Shown: piece after piece, positions 9,209 through 18,442 of the stretch
Layout of the letters: every line of letters begins with the position of its first letter
Position numbering within the stretch: position 1 is the stretch's first letter
NCBI GenBank assembly: GCA_004764695.1
Contig: SMSO01000035.1
Span: 1,984,001-2,048,000 of the forward strand
Reading direction: 5' to 3'
Length of the DNA stretch: 64,000 bases
DNA from: Schizochytrium sp. TIO01
Taxonomy: Eukaryota; Protista; Bigyra: Labyrinthulomycetes
Notes under the pieces: generated by a model
Databases searched by the model: none
What the model was told of the DNA's origin: nothing
What the model saw: only the letters and a program-made list of their open reading frames with translations
Program-made: the position numbers and the translations under genes

Positions 9209-12200
9209 CTACTGAGATGTGATCAACGAAGCCAAGAGACCTTGTCCCTTTCGACGCTTCGAGGGTGATTGACGATTAATCTTTGTCCGCTTATTCTTTT
9301 TAAGATCAGCGGTGGCAGGTTTGGCACGGGAGCCTGCTGCGCTTTCAGCAGCGGCTGAAGCTTTCTGCTCCATTGTGAAAATGAATTGATTAGATACATT
9401 TGCAACATCAGAACCGACTGCAAGAGAGGCCATTTCTTCAAAGCTATTTACTGCAGAAGTACCCATGCCAAGCAGGCTTCCAGCGCGACCAAACCGTGGA
9501 GCTGATGAGAGTCCGCCAAAGGTTCGTTTACCAAGACCAGCAGACATGGTAGACGTTGTTGAACTAAGAGAAGTCGATTTCACGAGAGCGGACCTACTAT
9601 ACTCAGATCCCCCAGAGGAACTAAGCAAGCTTTCCGAGCGGCGAATGCACCCTAAAAGCTTGGTGTGCTCTTCTTTTGGCCCTCGGGCATCCTCAAGGGA
9701 GACAGTCTTCTGCAATTTAGTTTTGGTATTGTCATGGCCTTCACCAGTAGCAATCGGAGCTGTTCCTCGGCTTTGTGTATCGGCGAGTCTGCGCGCAACC
9801 TCGCGTTGTCTGTGCTTTTCTAATTTGCGTCGCTGACGCTCTTGCTTCGAAAGCATGAGAAAGCTCGCGAGCTGTTCAGCTTCATTTTCTACATCCTCCA
9901 TTGTGTCCCCAGTCATGTCGCCGCTAGCGATCATTTCGCGTCGCTGTACATCTAGAGCACGGAAGCGCTCAACACGAGCCAGTTCCTCTTCTTCATCGGT
10001 ATCTTCCGCTTCAGAAGTCTCGCCGAGTGCACGATCCAGTCGAGCACTTGTTGTATTACGCCGGCGAACAGAATCCATCAATCGATGTTCCCGCAAATCG
10101 CTTTGCAACCTCTCAAGCTCCTCATCCTCACGTGCTTGCATAGTGGTTCGGTACAACTCGCCAACGTCACCGCCATCATCGCCTTCTCCATCAGAGACAT
10201 CGTCAACAATATTTTCAAGGTCATCCTCAGTGATGCGGTTAAGTGCTCGATCGAGGCGGGCCTCACGTTCGTCGCTCATTGTGCGAAATTTGCGAGGTCC
10301 GGAAGTTGTTACATCACCACCAAAGTCATCGACTCCGTCGTCTAAATCTTCTTCTTCAGCTTCCTCATCGCCAAAGTCTCGTTTGTTAACTCTACGATTT
10401 TGCAAAAGAGCATTCTCACGTTCAAGGATCTTGCGGTATGCACTACTGCGATCCTTTGGTTTGGTCTCTTGCTCTTCTTCTCCATCATTCTCCTCATCGT
10501 CTTGATTCTCATTCTTTGAAGTTGGTTCATTTTCATCCTTGCTCAAATTTTGGGCATCTTCAAGCTCAATCTCGTCATCTTCTTCGTCGTTATCTTCCTT
10601 GAGAATCTTGTGTTTGCGGAGAGCTTCGGTAGCCTCATTCTTTTGACTCAGCCTAAACTTGCTATACGTGCGAATAGGTTTAGTTTGGAGTTTCTTAGGT
10701 GACTCCTGCTCGGAGGAGGAGTGCTTGGACTTTGCCGCGTTCCCACCATCAATTTCAAGTTCAAGCTCACTATCTTCATCATCATTCTCAACATCATCAT
10801 CGTATTCGTCGGCCTCGTCTGCTGCATCGTATTCGCGATTGGCGCCGCCAGTAATATCGCCATCTTCGTCAATTGCCTCTTTGTCTTCCTCCTCTTCATC
10901 AATCTCTAGATACACATCTTCCTCCTCTTCATCGAGTTCCTGGGTCTCTTGAAGTTGATGTTCTACATCCTTGTATCCCATATCAACAGCAAGTTTATCG
11001 GCAATTCTTCGCATTGCCTCAGTCCGAAGCGACTGGCGCACAAGTTCACGTCCTCGCATACCTCGTTGATTCTTCTTGTCTGTAGCAGAACTAGAAGCGT
11101 TCATCTTGTTTCGCACTGCCTTCTTCACTTTCGACGACGATTTCACTGATTTGGGCAGTACGGACTTTTGCTTAGCCAACTCAATCTCTCCACGCGGATC
11201 ATCAGGTCCTCCAATGATAACAAAATCGGCAAACGGGTCCATAGATAATGAAGCAGGTTTTGCTGACTTCGAGACGCTAGACTTGCGACCAGAGCTCTTG
11301 CTGGATCCTTTGTTAGAGGCAGCCTTACGCTTTGCACGCATGCGCTCTACGATACTTGCAGCTTGCTCTGCTTGTTTCTCAAGCATTCGCTCTTTTTCCC
11401 GCTGGGCTTCTTCCTCACGTTCCAGTGCAAGACGATCCTCCTCTGCCTCACGTTCCGCAGCGCGTGCAGCCTTGAGTTCATCTTCTTCAATATCTTGAAG
11501 CAGGTCATCAGTTTCATTCTGAAGGTTTTTAGAATCTGACAACCAGTAACGATTCGACATCTGTGGTAATCGAGGGTCAGCGTAGCATCGTGCGAATTGA
11601 AATTCGGGTAAGCCAGGCCAGACATGAGCACATAGGCGACGGAGACATTGGCGAGTGCTTACAGATAAGGCAAATCGATTTTGACGCGCCATCATTTGTT
11701 TACCCGTGCGAACCTCACTACGGGCTTGTTGAAGAAGTTGAACATTTATACGACCATCTGGTTGACGAATAGGGAAAAACCAGGTACTACGCTTTAGTTT
11801 ATTACCAACGACAAGGTACGCCCACGGCCCAAGCTTGCGAATGACGCTCCGATGCATCTTCTCGTTGCAGGTTTTTTTAAGAAGGCTCTCATCCTCTGGC
11901 CGTGGCAAGAGTCCGCGCACGGAAGCACTGTCATCGCTCATTGCATCCTCCTCGTCGTCATCCTCACCATTGGATTGGTCGCCTTCATCCATCTCATCAG
12001 CAGATTTTGGTGAACTCTTATGCGTATCTACAGCAGCAGTCTTTTTAGAGCGAGATTTACCCAAACGCTTGCCTTTCACCTTGGTCTTGATTTCTTCTTC
12101 ATCTGACGCATTATCCATCTCGTCTTCAGATTCAAGAACCTTCCTTTTGCTATCCTCAGTGGAGATGTTTGCTGTCGTCTTAGCGGTACTGCGTCGAGTT

Positions 12201-13372
12201 CTGGTTGTCAGATCAGCATTGTCCACGTCACGGTTTTCCATCTCATCTTCTGAGGAGTCAGAAAGAGAAAGACCTTTTTTAATACTAGTCATGGATGACT
12301 TTTTGAGGGGAGCACTTGATGTAGAAAGTGTTTCCTGATCCTTTGAAGCATCATGGTCTTCTTTCTCCTCAGTCATCACGCTGTCATCGTTATCGAAGGA
12401 ATCGCTCTTTGCAAGATCTTCACCATCTACTGTGCTTACTGCGATTTTTTGCGTGTTGAGCACTTGATTTTCAGGTGCAGCATCAGGCTTCGATTGATTC
12501 ACGACTAAGTTCTCTCTGTCAGATTCTTCTTCGTCGTCGTCATCATCATCATCAGCCCAATCAGGTTTCTTTGGTGTCTCCTCGACCGGTGGCAAGGTCT
12601 TTATAGCATGCGGTGACTTTTGTTTTAAGAGGATCTCTTCGTTATTTTCTTGAGTCTCTATCTTTTTAGTTTTTTTAACAGCTGGTTTCTTAGCCTTTGT
12701 CACCTTTTTCTTCTGTTTTTTTGCAACAGGTTTTTTGGCCTTGGCCTTGACATTGGATTCTTCGGCATCGCTATCTTCATTGCTACTACTACTGCTGCTG
12801 CTGCTGCTACTGCTGCTGCTGCTGCTGCTGCTGCCACTGCTGTCACTTCCACTACTGCTACTGCTGTCACTTTCGCTTCCGCTATCGCCACTGCTGCTAC
12901 TGCTGCTGCTACTATCGCTGCTGCTGTCCTCGTCCTCGTCCTTGTTAATTTTGCGGCTGGCCTTCTTCTTGGAATTGTTATTATTGGCAGCCTTGGCGCC
13001 CTTTCTAGCACTTTTGCTGTCGTTATTTTTCTTCTTCTTCTGCGTGGCAGATTTCTTGGTCACGGTTTTAGTGACCTTTGTGGACTTCTCCATGTGAGTT
13101 CCATCGTTATCCTCGTCCTCGACCTTCTCTTTTGCTGCTTTCTTAGACTCTTTTTCCGCAACCGAAGGACCCTGAGACTTGGATTCCTCATCTTGGACAG
13201 AGTTTATCGCAGCCTCGTCGCCATTGACATCACCCAAAGCGCTCTTTCGGGCCTTCCTGGCCGCAGTTGGCTTCAGGTGTTCGCCTCCATCACTGTCATC
13301 AGAGCCCAGATCCAGTTCCAAGCTTCGAACCGGGTCCTCGGTGGCACCTCGTTCATCGTCTTCAATCGCCAT
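9209..13372 (-). CDS. Mrc1/claspin-like replication checkpoint mediator (largely disordered, acidic)
   Basis: ~1387-aa low-complexity ORF. The segment FGDEEAEEEDLDDGVDDFGG...NIVDD...LYRTTMQAREDEELERLQSDL..RRR resembles the MRC1-like domain. First ATG is at 13372. Confidence 0.55.
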   Translation of the reverse strand: MAIEDDERGATEDPVRSLELDLGSDDSDGGEHLKPTAARKARKSALGDVNGDEAAINSVQDEESKSQGPSVAEKESKKAAKEKVEDEDNDGTHMEKSTKVTKTVTKKSATQKKKKNNDSKSARKGAKAANNNNSKKKASRKINKDEDEDSSSDSSSSSSSSGDSGSESDSSSSSGSDSSGSSSSSSSSSSSSSSSSSNEDSDAEESNVKAKAKKPVAKKQKKKVTKAKKPAVKKTKKIETQENNEEILLKQKSPHAIKTLPPVEETPKKPDWADDDDDDDEEESDRENLVVNQSKPDAAPENQVLNTQKIAVSTVDGEDLAKSDSFDNDDSVMTEEKEDHDASKDQETLSTSSAPLKKSSMTSIKKGLSLSDSSEDEMENRDVDNADLTTRTRRSTAKTTANISTEDSKRKVLESEDEMDNASDEEEIKTKVKGKRLGKSRSKKTAAVDTHKSSPKSADEMDEGDQSNGEDDDEEDAMSDDSASVRGLLPRPEDESLLKKTCNEKMHRSVIRKLGPWAYLVVGNKLKRSTWFFPIRQPDGRINVQLLQQARSEVRTGKQMMARQNRFALSVSTRQCLRRLCAHVWPGLPEFQFARCYADPRLPQMSNRYWLSDSKNLQNETDDLLQDIEEDELKAARAAEREAEEDRLALEREEEAQREKERMLEKQAEQAASIVERMRAKRKAASNKGSSKSSGRKSSVSKSAKPASLSMDPFADFVIIGGPDDPRGEIELAKQKSVLPKSVKSSSKVKKAVRNKMNASSSATDKKNQRGMRGRELVRQSLRTEAMRRIADKLAVDMGYKDVEHQLQETQELDEEEEDVYLEIDEEEEDKEAIDEDGDITGGANREYDAADEADEYDDDVENDDEDSELELEIDGGNAAKSKHSSSEQESPKKLQTKPIRTYSKFRLSQKNEATEALRKHKILKEDNDEEDDEIELEDAQNLSKDENEPTSKNENQDDEENDGEEEQETKPKDRSSAYRKILERENALLQNRRVNKRDFGDEEAEEEDLDDGVDDFGGDVTTSGPRKFRTMSDEREARLDRALNRITEDDLENIVDDVSDGEGDDGGDVGELYRTTMQAREDEELERLQSDLREHRLMDSVRRRNTTSARLDRALGETSEAEDTDEEEELARVERFRALDVQRREMIASGDMTGDTMEDVENEAEQLASFLMLSKQERQRRKLEKHRQREVARRLADTQSRGTAPIATGEGHDNTKTKLQKTVSLEDARGPKEEHTKLLGCIRRSESLLSSSGGSEYSRSALVKSTSLSSTTSTMSAGLGKRTFGGLSSAPRFGRAGSLLGMGTSAVNSFEEMASLAVGSDVANVSNQFIFTMEQKASAAAESAAGSRAKPATADLKKNKRTKINRQSPSKRRKGQGLLASLITSQ
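12783..12925 (-). repeat. Trinucleotide (AGC/AGT) repeat encoding poly-Ser in the claspin-like gene
   Basis: (CTG/CTA)n on the + strand, translating to SSSDSSSSSSS... on the - strand. Confidence 0.9.
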
Positions 13373-13603
13373 CACGCACAATCGCCAACGTGCGTGAACT
13401 TCCTTTCCCAAGCTGCTCCAATCTCCTCGACCTGGGTGACCAGATGAGTTTATGTCGCTTCTGTGTACTCAACTTCGTAAAGGTCATTTGCGCGGTAGTT
13501 AGGAAAGAGTAGTTAGATGCGCGCACTCTACAGTTTAGAATAGCTGTGACCCTACCGCGCATCTGGGTCAGTTGAGCAAGTAGTAAGTCGAATTTTCCCC
13601 TTC

Positions 13604-13654
13604 TGATTGGCTTCGACGAGGACTCCAAATCCTGTGCAAAGCCTGCACCAATCA
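13604..13654. promoter_or_regulatory. Pair of opposite-orientation CCAAT boxes upstream of the claspin-like gene
   Basis: TGATTGG at 13604-13610 and CCAATCA at 13648-13654, about 230-280 bp upstream of ATG 13372. Confidence 0.4.
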
Positions 13655-13937
13655 AAACGCAGCTCCGAAAGAGTCGTTGAGCCATCACATACGCACCATA
13701 CATCAGCTGTCCATGAGCCTCTTTCCATGGAGTGAGTTCTTCGCGAGCTCCCTGACATATTTTTCCTGTATTGTTCCTGCCGCGGTTAGGTTAAGTGGTC
13801 TAATTAGCAAATAGGCCGCTCGTGTTCCTTTGGGCGTTCCGTTGTTCCTCTAGATAGAGAACGGCGAGGGTGTTCTGTTCCTTCATGGCGTGTTCAACTT
13901 TCGAGGTTAGGAGTGTCCATTTTGCCAAAGAGTAAAT

Positions 13938-13967
13938 CAACTAACTAACTAACTAACTAACTAACTA

Positions 13968-14007
<40 letters not shown>
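13938..14007. repeat. Compound tetranucleotide microsatellite, (CTAA)n followed by (TTGA)n
   Basis: Directly visible. Confidence 0.95.
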
Positions 14008-14273
14008 CTGTAGTACGGCGCGACCGACTCCGCGTGGGTTTGAGTTGAGGGCTATTCAGCTGGCAGGCCAATGCTCCCACTCGGGGCTAGTGCAGCCTGG
14101 GTCCAAGGCCGCCTACTGCAGCTCTCTTTGAAATTAAATCGACTGCATTGCGTCAATTTGCACCACAATTCAGGTTTGGGGTCATTCATTCCTTGGACAT
14201 TTTTCTGTCCATCTTTGCTTTGTTGGTTCAAGTTTAGTTCTTTCTTTTCATTGTTATTATCATCACTTTATAC

Positions 14274-14435
14274 TGAATGAGTGAATAAATGAGTGAATAA
14301 ATGCATAAGCGAATAAATGCATAAGCGAATGAATGAGAATATGAGTGAATAAATGAATGAGTGAATAAATGCATAAGCGAATGAATGAGAATATGAGTGA
14401 ATGAATGAATGAATGAATGAATGAATGAGTGAATA
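14274..14435. repeat. (GAAT)n-derived compound minisatellite with higher-order units
   Basis: Repeated GAATAAATGCATAAGC and GAATGAGAATATGAGT units ending in pure (GAAT)n. Confidence 0.9.
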
Positions 14436-15539
14436 ATTAGTCAAAGAGGCAGACAATTGTGGAATTTAATACCAAATGCTGCGTCTTAAAAAAGTCCATT
14501 CAGGGTCATGCAGCACTTAGGGCGCAGTGAATATTGTACACTAGGAACCCACCTACCTTAAACAGCAGGAGACCAAGTACCAACTTTCCTCATTCTGCGC
14601 TGGAGCTTTTCCCAGTAGGACCACATAGGCATTGACTAGCACTCGCGTAGTAGTGCTCGTCGGAGTCAGAAAACCAGCGCGGCAAAGCATTCGCTCAAAG
14701 GCCGACTCCAAGCAAGCAAATCCTTCTGTGTCCAGCATCAATAGTACCTGGGAAGAGGTCTTGGAGCAGCCGCGAGTCTCTCCAGAAGCCTTTGGATGTC
14801 CGCTTTTTGATTAGAGGCGGATGTGCTGCGGTTGCGATTGCCCTGAAGAGGAAATTTATTACTGTCCTGAATGGTTTTTTATAAATAAGTTTTTGCAATT
14901 CTCTTTTCAACTTGTTTAGGATAAACTCTAAAACTCGTAAATTCATTTCTTTGCAAAGTATCTATGACAAAGGCGGCCGAAGATTTTTGTGTTTATGGAG
15001 AGAGGTTTATCATACAAGTACTTCACGAGCCGGCGCGACGCATTTATTTTGGGGAGGTTCGAAGGGCGATGTGATAACTTGTATATAAATGGTGGAAGCA
15101 AGAAAGTTGAAGAGCGGGAGAAGCAGACAGAACCAACACGTTCAACTCTGCTCAACTCGCGCGCGGGCGAGAAGGAGGAGGACGGAGGTAGACGCCTGCC
15201 GCATACAAGCTCAAAGAGACCTTTTCTACCACACGTTCAGGCGCAGCCTCACTGCACTTGCTTGCAGTAGGAGAGGCTGGTTGAGTTGATTCGCTCGTGT
15301 TCGCCCATTTCTGTACTTGCAGTGGCACAAAGTATCCAAGTTTTTCTTGGGGAGTAGCGCCCCTTTTAGCTTGAAGATCATACGAAGTCGGTCGGAGACA
15401 AGTCTGATATTTAACTAGACACGACCCTTTTCTAAATCTTTGTGGTGTCTTTTGCGCAGGAACAAATCTGAAAGGTGGATTTTAAAGCGTCGATTTCCAT
15501 TAGTTGCACTACCACATTTTTCTTGAGCAATCAGCTACA

Positions 15540-16865
15540 ATGGATACCCAAGGTATGATTCGTCAAGCAACCGTGATGGTCTCGGAAGCCATCAAGCTCG
15601 ACAACGAGAAGCAGTATGATGCAGCGTACACGAAATACCAACGTGCTCTGGAGCAGTTCCTGGTGGCACTTAAGTATGAGAAGAACCCCAAATCAAAGGA
15701 GATCCTGACGCAACGCATTGAAGGATACATGGTACGCGCTGAGCAACTCAAGGTTGCTATTGATGAAGAAAACAGCAGACCTAAAGCAGCTCCCGTAGGT
15801 GCAGGAGGGAGCGAGAAAGGTGAAGATGCGGAGAAGTCAAAGCTTCGTGGCGCATTGGAGGCCGCCATTGTTGCTGAGAAACCAAATGTATCATGGGATG
15901 ATGTGGCAGGTCTCGAAGGTGCCAAGTCTGCCCTCAAGGAGGCTGTCATTCTACCTACGCGGTTTCCGCAGCTGTTCACAGGTGAGCGTCGCCCATGGAA
16001 GGGTATTTTGCTTTATGGTCCGCCTGGTACAGGTAAATCATACCTTGCGAAAGCTGTAGCTACCGAGGCAGATGCCAAGTTCTTTTCTGTGTCCTCATCC
16101 GATTTGGTCTCCAAGTGGCAGGGTGAGTCCGAGCGCCTTGTACGCAACCTTTTTGAGATGGCACGTGAGTCAAAGCCTGCCATTATCTTTATTGATGAGG
16201 TAGACTCGCTCTGTGGCTCCCGCAGTGATGGTGAGAACGACTCAGCTAGGCGTATCAAGACCGAGTTCCTTGTCCAGATGCAAGGTGTTGGCAAAGATGA
16301 TACTGGCTTGTTGGTGCTCGGTGCAACTAACACCCCTTGGAGTCTTGATCCAGCCATGCGCCGTCGTTTTGAGAAGCGTGTGTATATTCCTCTCCCGACA
16401 AAAGAAGCTCGTAAAAAGCTGTTCGAGCTCAGCATTGGTTCTACAGAGCACACACTTTCCCGTCATGATATGAACGAGCTGGCGGAGCTCACCGAGGGGT
16501 TTTCCGGTGCCGATATTTCCATTGCCGTACGCGAGGCTTTGATGCGACCGCTACGCATTTGTCAAGAGGCAAAACAGTTCATCGTGGATGACAAGGGCAT
16601 GTATGAGCCAGTCCCTCCTGAGGATTATCCTAACTGCTCTCGCTGCCCTCCACAAACATCCAAAAACAAGGGTAAGAAGGTTAGATGCGAGGTATGCGGC
16701 GCAGTATTTATGTCCCTTTACGATGTCGAACCAGACAAGCTCTTTGTTCCACCCGTAAAACCTAAAGACTTCTTTGAGGCTGTCACCAGCTCTAACACTT
16801 CAGTATCACCCGATGAACTCGGTCGCTTTGAGGAATGGACCAAGGAGTTTGGTCAAGAAGGCTAA
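15540..16865 (+). CDS. VPS4: Vacuolar protein sorting 4 (ESCRT AAA+ ATPase with MIT domain)
   Basis: N-terminal MIT domain (ALKYEKNPKSKE), Walker A GPPGTGKS, Walker B IFIDEVD, pore loop SKWQGESE, RRRFEKRVYIPLP, and C-terminal WTKEFGQEG. ATG at 15540. Confidence 0.97.
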   Translation: MDTQGMIRQATVMVSEAIKLDNEKQYDAAYTKYQRALEQFLVALKYEKNPKSKEILTQRIEGYMVRAEQLKVAIDEENSRPKAAPVGAGGSEKGEDAEKSKLRGALEAAIVAEKPNVSWDDVAGLEGAKSALKEAVILPTRFPQLFTGERRPWKGILLYGPPGTGKSYLAKAVATEADAKFFSVSSSDLVSKWQGESERLVRNLFEMARESKPAIIFIDEVDSLCGSRSDGENDSARRIKTEFLVQMQGVGKDDTGLLVLGATNTPWSLDPAMRRRFEKRVYIPLPTKEARKKLFELSIGSTEHTLSRHDMNELAELTEGFSGADISIAVREALMRPLRICQEAKQFIVDDKGMYEPVPPEDYPNCSRCPPQTSKNKGKKVRCEVCGAVFMSLYDVEPDKLFVPPVKPKDFFEAVTSSNTSVSPDELGRFEEWTKEFGQEG

Positions 16866-18442
16866 AAAGTTATTGGCATCTACTAAGTCCTCGGCTGCTG
16901 TAGTGTTGCATTCGCTGTTTTGTCAGATCAAGTGCGTTCACAAACCCTACTATCGTTGGTTAATCGAAGACTTTAAGAAGAATAATAAATTGCAAGAGGC
17001 GCATGAATCCATGGCACACTCTTTTGGCCACCCGTGGATATGTCTTGATCGATAGCTCTATGTCTTCACGAGCCAGATTGAGACTAGGTTTATATAAATT
17101 TATAAGGACAAAAAAATAAGTTTCTCAGATTCTCGTTGAAAATAACTCCAGGGCTACTGTCGAAGAGATCCTGGCACAGCGGTTGACGATGATGTTCATC
17201 GATGACGATGATGTTCATCATGAAGTCTAGTCTACAATCCAGGTAACTAAATATCTATGCGAATATTGTTTGATGAACTACATCTCGTGAGGTTGTAAGT
17301 ATGGGTTTTGATAGCCGAATGGATCTGGAGTTTGGGAATATTAAGTTCGGTCGAGGACTAGACAAGTTACGCAAGGTTCTCGATTCGCACTACCGGAATA
17401 TTTAGAAGTTTTGGTGTCCTACTAAGCGTATTGATCAGACTGGTTTTCGTGGATGTAGATTGTGTTGCGAGTACAGTTAATTTTATGGGAGAGGCCATTG
17501 CTCTTTCTGAACCAACTTACATGCCTTTCCACTTAACAGCCGAGCTAGTCGCCACACCCCAAGGGATACTCAGCAAAGTGCAATGAATCAGAAGATGCAA
17601 ACACTCTATTTGGTTGCTGTAATTTCAAGTGTTGAGACCTTTCTTGAAAACACAGGCTCAAGGTGCATTCACCTTAAATACTTTGGTTTACCTTATGGTC
17701 TTATTGCGTTCAAGCATAATCATGCGCTGGATAAAGCAAGCACCACACCGAACAACGTCATGACCAATCCCGAAGTCCACGAGGTTTCGTCAACATTGCG
17801 CCAAGTAGAAAATGTTCATGGAGAAATGGAATATATCAATCTTATGAGTTTTCTAATCACGAATTATAGGAATACAGAATTGGAGACTCGTTAAATAATC
17901 TGTTCCCCACTACAAAAGATTGAACGGCATCGCTTATGTATAGTTTTGCACTTTCGTCAAGTTTGCGGAACCAAGTATTCTCATCCGTGCTTAGTCACCC
18001 AAAACATACACTTTCAGCTAGCATATAAGCAACGAGTTGGTTCACTGCATAGAACAGTTGCGTATTGGTTAAGGGCATTCAAACGTCAACAAGACTTAAC
18101 TCGTTGGCGTCATTCGTAAGTTCTGGGAGCCAAGTAGCACAATCAGTGTGTGCAGAAAGACTTCTTCGAAGTGATAAAGGTAATATTTAGCTAATTTTTA
18201 TTTACTAGGTATTTCAATTAGAGCTTCAAACTGGATTCACAGCTCAACATGTTACTAGTATGCTGCACCCGGAGGATTATATTTAAAGGTTTTCAACAAT
18301 TTGGAGTAAGCTGGGTTGCAACATGTTTTGAAAGTAGCTAGCTATGGATCTTAGTTAGCTCACTGTTTCTTCTATACCGCGATGAGCTCAGCAGTTTTTT
18401 TTTGTTAAGGCGTGATGAGCTAGTTGTACATTCTATGATAAA

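Noticed and set aside
9465-13447. Many + strand Ser- or Leu-rich ORFs over the claspin-like gene (likewise over GTF3C3 and CENP-C)
   Set aside because: Shadow frames of acidic and poly-Ser low-complexity coding sequence.
13938-13968. (CTAA)n as a possible interstitial telomere
   Set aside because: A 4-bp unit, not a TTAGGG-type repeat. It behaves like the other tetranucleotide microsatellites.
14274-14435. Repeat array as a possible CRISPR
   Set aside because: No unique spacers, low-complexity GAAT derivative, eukaryotic context, no cas genes.
17184-17219. Tandem duplication of TGACGATGATGTTCATC (period 19)
   Set aside because: Isolated two-copy duplication with no associated terminal repeats or transposase, so no evidence for a mobile element.
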